64,000 nt of DNA from Methanobacteriota archaeon (GTDB taxonomy: Bacteria; Myxococcota; UBA727; JABDBI01): positions 9,089 through 73,088 of the forward strand of contig JABDBI010000001.1 of NCBI GenBank assembly GCA_013288705.1. Direction: 5' to 3'. The notes below the pieces were generated by a model that saw only the letters and a program-made list of their open reading frames with translations, was not told where the DNA came from and searched no databases. The position numbers and the translations under genes were made by a program. This document shows, piece after piece, positions 20,050 through 28,562 of the stretch (positions are counted from its first letter, which is position 1; every line of letters begins with the position of its first letter).

Positions 20050-21216
20050 TTGCACTCCAGAGAAGTCGAACTATTACTAGCTTGCGCCCGTACCGGGATA
20101 GGCGAGCAATCGGTTGTTGATGGAAATGCTCCAATCGACTGGGATCGCTTCATGACGTTGCTGGTAGAGCATCGGCTTTCTTGGACTGTGGCGCGTTACT
20201 TGAGCGGTGCATACTCTGGCCAGATTCCCGCATCTTTCCAAAAGCGCCTTCGCGCGCATCGAGAATATCGCACGCGGCGAGCGCTCGCGCATGCAGCAGA
20301 GCTCGCACGGCTCATGAAGATCTTTTATGCAGAAGGAATTTTCGCCCTTTCGATCAAAGGTCCTCTTCTCTCTCTGCAGCTTTTTGGCGATGTTGCCGCA
20401 CGTGCAGGGAAAGACCTCGATATTTTTATCAAACCTCAAGATATTGAGAGAGCCCATAAAATTTTGTGGCGCGAATCATATCGCTTTGCCGAACATGATG
20501 CATCTTGGACGCCCAAACAGATAGCTTCCTATCGACGCTGGAGCAAGGACTATGCTTATGTGGGTTTGCACAATCGCGTTTGCATTGAGTTGCATTGGCG
20601 CTTTTTTAAAAACCCCCATGTGTTTACCCTAACGGAGCAAGGACTGGAAGGCTGCGTTGTAAAAACCCAGGTTTTAGGTGCAGCCATTTGTCATTTTGAT
20701 TGGGAAACCAACCTCATCTATTTGTGCTGCCATGGAGCCGTTCATACTTGGACGCGGTTGTTTTGGCTCGTCGATATTGCGACCTTGATGACAAAACATA
20801 CTTCTGTTTTTGATTGGAATGCCGTCATGGATAAAGCGAACACGCGTGACGCCAGGCGTGCGCTCTTAGAAGGAGTGGTTTTAGCTGCCACTTTGCTAGG
20901 CAGCCCCTTACCCGAGCCCATCGAGCAAGCAGCTAAAAGTGATGGTGCTTTACAATGGCGACTGAGAACGTCGTTACGCAAAATGGAGGCACTGCCGCGA
21001 TTTGATGTTGTGGGAGGACTGATATTAGCGCGGCGAACACTCAAGATGCATAGCACCTCCAAGCACAAAATATTTTCTGCGACACGTTATTGGCACCCAA
21101 GCTTCGAAGACTGGGACATGGTTCGCTTACCGGACCGTTTTTTTGGACTGTATTATGTTCTACGTCCTTTTTTGGCCACCATTCGCTACTGCCGACGTAA
21201 ATGGCGGAGGGGGTGA
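20050..21216 (+). CDS. Nucleotidyltransferase family protein (NTP_transf_5-like)
   Basis: IKGPLLS…R…DLDIF, IELHW, HGAVH…RLFWLVD. Confidence 0.8.
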   Translation: MHSREVELLLACARTGIGEQSVVDGNAPIDWDRFMTLLVEHRLSWTVARYLSGAYSGQIPASFQKRLRAHREYRTRRALAHAAELARLMKIFYAEGIFALSIKGPLLSLQLFGDVAARAGKDLDIFIKPQDIERAHKILWRESYRFAEHDASWTPKQIASYRRWSKDYAYVGLHNRVCIELHWRFFKNPHVFTLTEQGLEGCVVKTQVLGAAICHFDWETNLIYLCCHGAVHTWTRLFWLVDIATLMTKHTSVFDWNAVMDKANTRDARRALLEGVVLAATLLGSPLPEPIEQAAKSDGALQWRLRTSLRKMEALPRFDVVGGLILARRTLKMHSTSKHKIFSATRYWHPSFEDWDMVRLPDRFFGLYYVLRPFLATIRYCRRKWRRG

Positions 21217-21291
21217 GATTCGAACTCACGGTAGCGTTACCGCTACGCTGGATTTCAAGTCCAGTGCCTTAAACCGCTCGGCCACCCCTCC
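21202..21291 (-). tRNA. tRNA-Ser(TGA)
   Basis: Cloverleaf GGAGGGG…CTGGA-CTTGAAA-TCCAG, long variable arm, encoded CCA. Confidence 0.97.
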
Positions 21292-21320
21292 AAAATTCTG
21301 CTCAATCCGTGGCAGTTTCT

Positions 21321-21860
21321 TCAAAGTTTGACAAGAGACTTTTGCAAAATCTCACCCACAGCCGCGCAAGCCGTCTCTATCTGTGCGGCCAAAAGTGGCT
21401 GCTCGTCGCTGCGATAATTCGCCAGCACATAGACATCTGCAGCGCCCTTCACGGGCGGTCGGCCCACGCCCACGCGAATGCGAATAAAATCGCCGCCAAT
21501 CGCCCGAATAGTATCTCGCACTCCATTGTGCCCAGCATGACCACCCGTGCGCTTAACGCGAACCTCACCAAAAGGCAAGTCAAGCTCATCGTGAATCACA
21601 ATAATGCGCTCTGGAGGAATCTTATAAAACGCCGCAGCGGGTTGAATAGACTCGCCCGATCGGTTCATGAACGTCTGCGGCTTCAATAACAAGCAGGGCT
21701 GGCCGGACAATAAAGATTTTGTCGCCAGCCCATGAAAGTCTTTGTGAAACGCTTCACCATGGACGAGCCTATGCAAGGCATCCACCACCATGAAACCGAC
21801 ATTGTGGCGGGTCCTTGCATATTGTTCACCTGGATTGCCCAAGCCTGCGATTAGCCACAT
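21321..21860 (-). CDS. pth: Peptidyl-tRNA hydrolase
   Basis: GLGNPG…TRHNVGF, KPQTFMN, HDELD, GGHAGHNG. Confidence 0.97.
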   Translation of the reverse strand: MWLIAGLGNPGEQYARTRHNVGFMVVDALHRLVHGEAFHKDFHGLATKSLLSGQPCLLLKPQTFMNRSGESIQPAAAFYKIPPERIIVIHDELDLPFGEVRVKRTGGHAGHNGVRDTIRAIGGDFIRIRVGVGRPPVKGAADVYVLANYRSDEQPLLAAQIETACAAVGEILQKSLVKL

Positions 21861-21869
21861 GTGTCGCTA

Positions 21870-22589
21870 TTATTTCTTCGCAGGCTTCGCAGCAGCGGCA
21901 GGTTTCGCACCCGCAACCGGCGTCGCTCCCGCTGCAGCACCAGCAGCAGGTGCACCCGCAACGGCTGGAGCAGCGCCAGCAACTGGGGTCGCTTCAGCTT
22001 CTTCTTTCTCGGCCTTCGGAATACGGATAGTGACCACGGCTTCTAGTGGATCCTCTTCCAATGCAACGCCCGATGGGAGCTTGACTTCGCTGGCATGGGT
22101 CGAACCAAACTTCAGGTCGGTTACATCGAGCTCAACCTTCTCAGGAATCTCTCCAGGCAACACACGCACATGGATCGCACGCTTGATTTGATCAAGCTTG
22201 CCACCACCAGTTGTCACTGCGGTACTCTTACCAATCAAAATCAATGGAATGGCGACTTTCATCGGCAGTTTCGGATTCACTTCGATGAAGTCAACATGCT
22301 TGAGGTCGCGCCTGACGGGATCAATTTGCAAATCGCGCACCATCACAGTTTTCGTCAACGCCTTGCCAGCGGTACTATCGGTGAGATGCAAGTGAATCAT
22401 CTGGTTGCGGCGCAACGGACCCTTGAGCATCCGCGTGGCATCTTTGGGGCTCACGGCAATCGAAGTCGCTTCCTTACCACCGCTATATACAATCGCGGGA
22501 ATCTGCCCGGCTTTACGCAGGCGATGGGAGGGACCTTTCCCGGTCTGGCCACGAAACTCAGCGAAAAGCTCATAGAAATTATTAGACAT
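21870..22589 (-). CDS. rplY: 50S ribosomal protein L25/Ctc with Ala-Pro-rich tail
   Basis: GKGPSHRLRKAGQIPAIVY, HVDF; conserved prs-rplY-pth gene order. Confidence 0.95.
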   Translation of the reverse strand: MSNNFYELFAEFRGQTGKGPSHRLRKAGQIPAIVYSGGKEATSIAVSPKDATRMLKGPLRRNQMIHLHLTDSTAGKALTKTVMVRDLQIDPVRRDLKHVDFIEVNPKLPMKVAIPLILIGKSTAVTTGGGKLDQIKRAIHVRVLPGEIPEKVELDVTDLKFGSTHASEVKLPSGVALEEDPLEAVVTIRIPKAEKEEAEATPVAGAAPAVAGAPAAGAAAGATPVAGAKPAAAAKPAKK

Positions 22590-22687
22590 CTTTTATCCTT
22601 TCCCTCGATAACGCTGGTGAATCCAGCCTCGCAGGAGCAAAAAACATGTGACCTTATGGCGTAAAAGCGCCCCAGAGTCAACTCAGG

Positions 22688-23650
22688 TTAAAGAAACAGG
22701 CTGGAAATGCTGGTGCCAGTATGGACGCGCCTGATAGCCTCACCGACCAAGGGCGCACAAGACAGCTGGCGAACTTTTTGGGAGCTCAATGCGCCATCCT
22801 GGAGCGGGATGCTGTCGGACACCACCACCTCTTCCAGGGCCGACTTCTCAATGCGCTCCACTGCAGGTCCAGAAAACACTGCATGGGTCGCATAGGCCCA
22901 GACCCCTGCGGCACCCCTTGCCTTAATGGCCTCCGCAGCTTGGGTCAGGGTGCCGGCCGTGTCGATCATATCATCGATGATAATCGCTCGTTTGCCCTCT
23001 ACATCGCCAATGATATTCATGACCTGTGCGATGCCAGGAGCAGGCCTGCGTTTATCGATAATGGCGAGGCCTGCATGCAGTCGCTTGGCGTAAGCGCGCG
23101 CACGCTCCACACCTCCCGCATCAGGTGAGACAACTACGACGTCACTTGCCTGATCCTCCGCTGCACAAAAACGCTTACGAATGTCCTCGATAAAAATGGG
23201 TGTGGCATAAAGATGGTCGAAGGGCACATTAAAAAAGCCCTGGATTTGGGCTGCGTGCAGGTCGAGGGAGATCATGCGGGTGATCCCGGCTGCTTCCAAT
23301 AAATCAGCCACGAGCTTGGCCGTAATCGGCTCACGCGGCGCCGCTTTTCGATCCTGGCGGGCATAGCCATAGTAGGCAACCACAGCGGTGATTTCAGCTG
23401 CGGACGCACGTTTTAACGCGTCGATCATCACCAACATTTCCATCAAATTTTCGTTCACTGGCGGTGAAATAGACTGCACGATATAAGTGTCTGAACCACG
23501 CACACTCTCGTTGATGTTGACCGAAATTTCTCCGTCAGAAAAACGCACGACCCTGGCTTCGCCAAGTGGCATCTGCAAATAGTCGGCGATTTTTTTTGCT
23601 AAGCTGGGATTAGAATTCCCAGCAAATAGCTTAATGGATCCTTCTGACAT
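22688..23650 (-). CDS. prs: Ribose-phosphate pyrophosphokinase
   Basis: FSDGE, YARQDRK, DLHAAQIQGFF, DDMIDTAGT. Confidence 0.98.
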   Translation of the reverse strand: MSEGSIKLFAGNSNPSLAKKIADYLQMPLGEARVVRFSDGEISVNINESVRGSDTYIVQSISPPVNENLMEMLVMIDALKRASAAEITAVVAYYGYARQDRKAAPREPITAKLVADLLEAAGITRMISLDLHAAQIQGFFNVPFDHLYATPIFIEDIRKRFCAAEDQASDVVVVSPDAGGVERARAYAKRLHAGLAIIDKRRPAPGIAQVMNIIGDVEGKRAIIIDDMIDTAGTLTQAAEAIKARGAAGVWAYATHAVFSGPAVERIEKSALEEVVVSDSIPLQDGALSSQKVRQLSCAPLVGEAIRRVHTGTSISSLFL

Positions 23651-23667
23651 GATTTATAACCTTTTTG

Positions 23668-23739
23668 TTGGGGCGGAAGGATTCGAACCTTCGCATGTCG
23701 GAACCAAAAACCGATGACTTGCCGCTTGTCTACGCCCCA
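23668..23739 (-). tRNA. tRNA-Gln(TTG)
   Basis: TGGGGCG acceptor stem, TTG anticodon, GGTTCGAATCC T-arm; usual position upstream of prs. CCA not encoded. Confidence 0.9.
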
Positions 23740-23822
23740 TCAAGTATGGCACACCTTAAAAACACGAAATGAACACGTCAAGACATGAACAGCACCAAAC
23801 GCATATGATCCCCGGAGTACCG

Positions 23823-25163
23823 ATGAACCATCCCGCCACATTTCCGCTCAATAAAGTTGCTGATTTATCCCTCAAAGACTGGGGCCGCAAAGAAATTGCG
23901 ATCGCAGAAAGTGAAATGCCTGGCTTGATGGCGTTGCGCAAAAAACTAGGTGCAAAAAAGCCGCTGAAGGGCGCACGCATTGCAGGTTGCCTGCATATGA
24001 CCATCCAAACAGCTGTGCTTATCGAAACCTTGCGGGACTTGGGCGCAGAAGTCACATGGAGCTCTTGCAACATCTTTTCGACGCAAGATCACGCAGCAGC
24101 AGCGATCGCAGCAGCAGGCGTATCTGTATTTGCGTGGAAAGGCGAGACTGAAGAGGAATACGACTGGTGTATCGAACAGCAGCTGCTATCATTTGCAGGC
24201 GGAAGAGGCCCCAACATGCTGCTTGATGATGGCGGCGATCTCACCAAAGTCGTGCATGAAAAACACGCCAAGCTATTTGGTGGCAGTGACCCCATTCGCG
24301 GGCTTTCCGAAGAAACTACCACCGGCGTGCATCGACTTTACGAAATGGAAAAAGCCGGCACGCTGAAATGCGCTGCTATCAACGTCAATGATTCTGTGAC
24401 CAAATCAAAATTTGACAATCTCTACGGCTGCCGCGAGTCGTTTTTAGATGGTATCAAACGCGCCACAGGCGTGATGATGGCGGGTAAAGTGGTCGTTGTC
24501 TGCGGCTATGGCGACGTGGGCAAAGGTTGTGCCCAATCTGCCCGCGGAATGGGTGCGCGCGTGCTCATCACCGAAGTCGATCCGATTTGCGCCCTGCAAG
24601 CAGCGATGGAGGGCTATCAAGTTGTCACTATCGAAGAGGCAGCGCCTGTCGGCGATATATTTGTGACAGCAACAGGTTGCTGCGATGTGATTACCGGCGA
24701 TCACATGCTGCAGATGAAGGACCAAGCCATTTTGTCTAACATTGGCCATTTTGACAGCGAAATCGACGTGGCCTGGCTCGAAAGCGCTCCAGGGATGAAG
24801 GAAGAGAACATCAAGCCACAAGTGGACCAGTTCATCTTCCCAAATGGCAAACGTCTCACCTTGCTTGCACGCGGCCGATTGGTGAACCTTGGCTGCGCAG
24901 CTGGTCATCCTTCCTTCGTCATGTCGAGCTCGTTTACCAATCAAGTTCTCGCACAGATAGCACTTTGGGAAGACTGGCAAGCCGACGCCAAACAATTTCA
25001 ACCAGGCAAAGTGTACACGTTACCAAAAGCGATGGACGAAGAAGTTGCGCGTTTGCATCTCGACAGGGTCAATGCTAAGCTCAGCAAGCTCACACCCAAA
25101 CAGGCTAAATACCTTGGCGTGTCGAGGGATGGGCCATATAAGCCAGATTTTTATCGCTACTAA
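23823..25163 (+). CDS. ahcY: Adenosylhomocysteinase (SAH hydrolase)
   Basis: [54 protein letters not shown] before ATG 23823. Confidence 0.98.
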   Translation: MNHPATFPLNKVADLSLKDWGRKEIAIAESEMPGLMALRKKLGAKKPLKGARIAGCLHMTIQTAVLIETLRDLGAEVTWSSCNIFSTQDHAAAAIAAAGVSVFAWKGETEEEYDWCIEQQLLSFAGGRGPNMLLDDGGDLTKVVHEKHAKLFGGSDPIRGLSEETTTGVHRLYEMEKAGTLKCAAINVNDSVTKSKFDNLYGCRESFLDGIKRATGVMMAGKVVVVCGYGDVGKGCAQSARGMGARVLITEVDPICALQAAMEGYQVVTIEEAAPVGDIFVTATGCCDVITGDHMLQMKDQAILSNIGHFDSEIDVAWLESAPGMKEENIKPQVDQFIFPNGKRLTLLARGRLVNLGCAAGHPSFVMSSSFTNQVLAQIALWEDWQADAKQFQPGKVYTLPKAMDEEVARLHLDRVNAKLSKLTPKQAKYLGVSRDGPYKPDFYRY

Positions 25164-25179
25164 CAAAGAGGTCAAAGTC

Positions 25180-25434
25180 ATGAAACGTCGCAATACACTG
25201 CTGCTTGGTCTAGGTACTGCCGCTGCTCTTTTGACGGCACCCATTTTGTCTTCTGGTTGTGTCACTACCAAGTCCGCAAACGGTGCGCATGAAGGCAAAT
25301 GCGGATCTGAATGCTGTGGCAAAAAGAGATGCAAAGAGGGCAAATGCTGCGGCAAGAAGGAAGGATCTTGTTGCAGCAACAAAGACAAGGGTGAAGGCTC
25401 TTGCGGCGAAAATTCCTGCAATGGCAAAAAATAG
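25180..25434 (+). CDS. Cys-rich MNIO RiPP precursor (EGKCG-type, HvfA/BufA2-like) with signal peptide
   Basis: GAGGT RBS; MKRRNTLLLG…LSSGC signal; repeats EGKCG, SECCG, EGKCCG, EGSCCS, EGSCG, ENSCN; overlaps the start of the DUF692 gene. Confidence 0.85.
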   Translation: MKRRNTLLLGLGTAAALLTAPILSSGCVTTKSANGAHEGKCGSECCGKKRCKEGKCCGKKEGSCCSNKDKGEGSCGENSCNGKK

Positions 25435-26260
25435 ACCTTCTGGTGTTGGCATAGGTCTTAGGCTGCAGTTTGCCGAAGAGCTTGTGTCAACTAAGGCGAC
25501 CAATGCGAGTTTTGTAGAAATCGCACCAGAAAATTATTTGGGCGTCGGTGGCTACAGGGCTCGTTTGCTTGCAATGGCCAAGGAACGCTGGCCCGTGGTT
25601 TGCCATGGGCTTTGCGGTGATTTGGCCGGCGCCGCACCACTCGACCAAGAGTATCTCACCGAGCTAAAGCAATTTCTACGCGACGCTGACGTGCACTGGT
25701 ATAGCGATCATCTTTGTTACACGCATCTTGCTGGTGTCGAAACGCACGATCTCATTGCGCTTCCGCTTCATGAGGGCGCAGTGCGGCGGGCGGCCAAACG
25801 TATTCGCGAAGTGCAGAGCTTTCTTGAACTTCCAATGGCGATAGAAAATGTTTCTGCATACATGCGAATGCCTGGCAGCGAAATGCGCGAAGAAGACTTC
25901 GTCGCTGCCGTGGTGCGAGAAGCAGATTGTCATTTGCTTCTCGATATCAACAACGTTTATGTTAACTCGATTAATTTTGGATTCGACGCAAAGTCCTATG
26001 TAGACGCACTACCACTCGAGCGTGTGCTGCAGATTCATATTGCTGGCCACCATCGGGAGAGCGAAGATCTTTTGATCGATACTCACGGTGCCTCCATTGC
26101 TGATCCGGTCTATGACTTACTTTGCTACACCTTGCGCAAAATGGCTGCCGTGCCACCCATACTACTTGAGCGCGACAGCAACATTCCGCCACTTATCGAA
26201 ATTGAACAAGAGTTGGAAACGCTGCGAATCTGTGTCGAGCAATGTCATGCAAGAGCTTGA
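25421..26260 (+). CDS. DUF692 family multinuclear non-heme iron oxidative enzyme (MNIO)
   Basis: GIGLR, EIAPEN, HGL, SDH, ENVS, LLDINNVYVN, QIHIAGH, IDTHG, LLERD. Confidence 0.95.
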   Translation: MAKNRPSGVGIGLRLQFAEELVSTKATNASFVEIAPENYLGVGGYRARLLAMAKERWPVVCHGLCGDLAGAAPLDQEYLTELKQFLRDADVHWYSDHLCYTHLAGVETHDLIALPLHEGAVRRAAKRIREVQSFLELPMAIENVSAYMRMPGSEMREEDFVAAVVREADCHLLLDINNVYVNSINFGFDAKSYVDALPLERVLQIHIAGHHRESEDLLIDTHGASIADPVYDLLCYTLRKMAAVPPILLERDSNIPPLIEIEQELETLRICVEQCHARA

Positions 26261-26936
26261 ACAAGCGCTGCGCGATTTGGTGTTCAAAAGAGATCCGGCA
26301 TGGCTCGTTGGCATAGCCAAAGAGCGGCAGCTCGTTTATCGCCGCTTGATACACAACAATCTGTATGACGTCATCATTAGCCTTCTGCCACTTACGTACC
26401 ATTTTGCTGGCGCAGAAAAATTCCGACAATGGATTGCCACCTGGCTCGAAGAGCAGGGGCCTAAGCAGCGCATGTATTGGATGATTCCCGTCGAATTTGC
26501 GGCATGGCTCATGGAAAACATCGTTTCAGAGAATCTATTACTCGCGGAGCTCGCCCATTTTGAAGCGATGCAGCAGTGTGCGGAAAACGCCCCTAACACC
26601 CATCTGAGCTGCAAACTTGGCATCTACTATCATTCAGTGCATTTGATCTCTGACGAGAATTCCACCCTGCCGCTAAAGCTTGAGCGCCCGATTTTTCTCC
26701 TGATCTATCGCGCTGACGAAACTGTCCGCTGGTTAGAGATTGAACCGCAGGTCGCACAACTTCTCGCAAAGCTTGCGGAGGGAGCATCTCTTAAAGAATC
26801 TTTAGACTCTTTGAGCGAACTCTATGCAGATCTGGATCGCGCATATTTGACTGCCCAACTGGCTGGTCTTTCCCATCGCGGCTTAGTGTCGATATCAGAG
26901 ACGCATCCAAGAGATGAGTCGGCTGTATATTCTTGA
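26247..26936 (+). CDS. DUF2063 family MNIO partner protein (HvfC/BufC-like)
   Basis: VYRRLIHNN…PLT, EFAAW, ELAHFE, YxVH, LIYR…V; overlaps the 3' end of the DUF692 gene. Confidence 0.85.
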   Translation: MQELEQALRDLVFKRDPAWLVGIAKERQLVYRRLIHNNLYDVIISLLPLTYHFAGAEKFRQWIATWLEEQGPKQRMYWMIPVEFAAWLMENIVSENLLLAELAHFEAMQQCAENAPNTHLSCKLGIYYHSVHLISDENSTLPLKLERPIFLLIYRADETVRWLEIEPQVAQLLAKLAEGASLKESLDSLSELYADLDRAYLTAQLAGLSHRGLVSISETHPRDESAVYS

Positions 26937-27696
26937 GCGCGTGCAACATCACTGCACGCACATCGGGAATCGTTTGCTCGAGATCACCTATGAGCTTAGT
27001 CATCGCCTCGCGCTTCAGGCCTTCTTGCGAACCGCATAGGTTACAAGGCAAGATTGGATAATCTTCTCGCACCGCGTGTGCAGCGATGTCGCTCTCCGCG
27101 CACTCAATCAACGGCCGAATCACCTCAAAGCGACCATCATCGGTGGTATACTTTGCCGGCATCGCTTGTAGCTTGCCCGCATAAAATAAGTTGAGAAAAA
27201 ATGTCTCCAACGCATCGTCACGGTGATGCCCAAGCGCAACTTTATTACATTCCAGTTTCTCTGCGGTGGTGTACAAAATTCCCCGACGCAGACGCGAACA
27301 AAGAGAACAATATGTTGCACCTGGCTTGATCTTCTCCATCACCACTGAATACGTGTCTTGCTGAATAATCTGAAACGGAATGCCGCTTTGTAGAAGCCAT
27401 CGGCGCAGTGACGTGCCATCATATCCGGGTTGCACTTGGTCGAGATGCACAGCCATCAAAGAAAAATCAAATGGCGCCTTTTGCTTGGCGCGCCACAGCA
27501 AGTCGAGCATGGTGTAGCTATCTTTGCCACCAGAAATCGCCACCAAAATGCGATCATCAGGTTTGATGAGCTCGTATTCCACGATCGAACGCATCATGGT
27601 GCGGGTGAGCTTTTGCGCGCGTTGGCTCTTGTGCTCGCTGACGGCGTAACCTTGCCAATGGGCGTTGGTTGGCGCTGAAATTGTTTGGGTTTCCAT
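26791..27696 (-). CDS. ttcA: tRNA 2-thiocytidine(32) synthetase
   Basis: SGGKDS, CSLCSRLRRG, LGHHRDD, PCNLCGSQ. Confidence 0.96.
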   Translation of the reverse strand: METQTISAPTNAHWQGYAVSEHKSQRAQKLTRTMMRSIVEYELIKPDDRILVAISGGKDSYTMLDLLWRAKQKAPFDFSLMAVHLDQVQPGYDGTSLRRWLLQSGIPFQIIQQDTYSVVMEKIKPGATYCSLCSRLRRGILYTTAEKLECNKVALGHHRDDALETFFLNLFYAGKLQAMPAKYTTDDGRFEVIRPLIECAESDIAAHAVREDYPILPCNLCGSQEGLKREAMTKLIGDLEQTIPDVRAVMLHALKNIQPTHLLDASLISTLSRDGKDQPVGQSNMRDPDLHRVRSKSLKIL

Positions 27697-27750
27697 GGGT
27701 GGGGATGATGTCAGAAGGAACAAAAATCACAATAAGCGCCCGCACACCTA

Positions 27751-27779
27751 TTGACGGGGTCCATTAAAAACCCTCCAAT
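27751..27779 (+). promoter_or_regulatory. Putative sigma70 promoter of the tRNA-His/tRNA-Arg pair
   Basis: TTGACG-N17-TCCAAT, 12 nt upstream of tRNA-His. Confidence 0.45.
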
Positions 27780-27791
27780 GTGCCCTTGTGC

Positions 27792-27869
27792 GGTGGGTGT
27801 AGCTCAGTTGGTTAGAGCACCAGGTTGTGGCCCTGGGGGTCGAGGGTTCAAGCCCCTTCACTCACCCCA
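27792..27869 (+). tRNA. tRNA-His(GTG)
   Basis: G-1 present, CCAGG-TTGTGGC-CCTGG anticodon arm, C discriminator and CCA. Confidence 0.97.
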
Positions 27870-27894
27870 TAATTTTTTCGCTGTATATTCGTCG

Positions 27895-27971
27895 GCGCCC
27901 GTGGCTCAGTTGGATAGAGCACCGGACTTCGGTTCCGGGGGTCGGGAGTTCGAATCTCTCCGGGCGCACCA
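27895..27971 (+). tRNA. tRNA-Arg(TCG)
   Basis: GCGCCCG acceptor, CCGGA-CTTCGGT-TCCGG anticodon arm, CCA. Confidence 0.95.
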
Positions 27972-28052
27972 AATTTCCAAACGAATTTCGAAATATCTGG
28001 ACGGCAACCTGCGTTCCCCCATCATCCTACGTTGGATTTTGAGGAGGACTCA

Positions 28053-28562
28053 GTGTTACGTAAAAAAATAGGACTCACGACGTTTTTTCTTGCGCTCTTG
28101 GTCGGTCTAGCGGCGAACGCGGATGGTTATGAGCGCGTAGAGCTTGAGAGGCGTGCTAGAGAATTTAGCCAGTTGGCAAACAATTTTCATAATCGCGCTG
28201 CCGCCGAATTGCGGCTACATTTTATGCATCCCAGCTGTAACAACATCGTCACTTTGTCTGGGCAACTTTTTTCCAGAGCGGCTGGTTTTCGTGAAATGGC
28301 CGGTCGTCCACGTGATTTTTTGGAGCATGAGCTGGAAGGACTTAGAGGAAGCTATTTTGGCATCGTAGAAGCTGCTAAGTCCTGCCCCGCAATGAACCCT
28401 GGGCTGGGTAATGAGATGCTTGCGCTAGGCAATAACCTAAGAATGATCGGGTTCTATGTGTCTCCAGATCACGGCGATTGGGGCGAGGACCATTGGCGAG
28501 AGCGCCATGGTGGATGGTGCGACCCGCACTTCGGCTGGGGCCATGCTGGTTTCAGACACTAG
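28053..28562 (+). CDS. Secreted hypothetical protein with His/Gly/Trp-rich C-terminal tail
   Basis: Strong RBS GAGGAGGA before GTG 28053; signal peptide ending ANA; helical body. Confidence 0.7.
   Translation: MLRKKIGLTTFFLALLVGLAANADGYERVELERRAREFSQLANNFHNRAAAELRLHFMHPSCNNIVTLSGQLFSRAAGFREMAGRPRDFLEHELEGLRGSYFGIVEAAKSCPAMNPGLGNEMLALGNNLRMIGFYVSPDHGDWGEDHWRERHGGWCDPHFGWGHAGFRH

Noticed and set aside
10200-21291. Genomic island integrated at tRNA-Ser
   Set aside because: No integrase, and I could not see a duplicated tRNA 3' end by eye; the content mixes in ordinary genes.
21870-22010. Repetitive GCA/CCA-rich tract
   Set aside because: It encodes the Ala/Pro-rich low-complexity tail of L25/Ctc; not a DNA repeat or CRISPR array.
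23740-23822. SAH or SAM riboswitch upstream of ahcY
   Set aside because: The short region must hold divergent promoters, and I recognised no riboswitch consensus.
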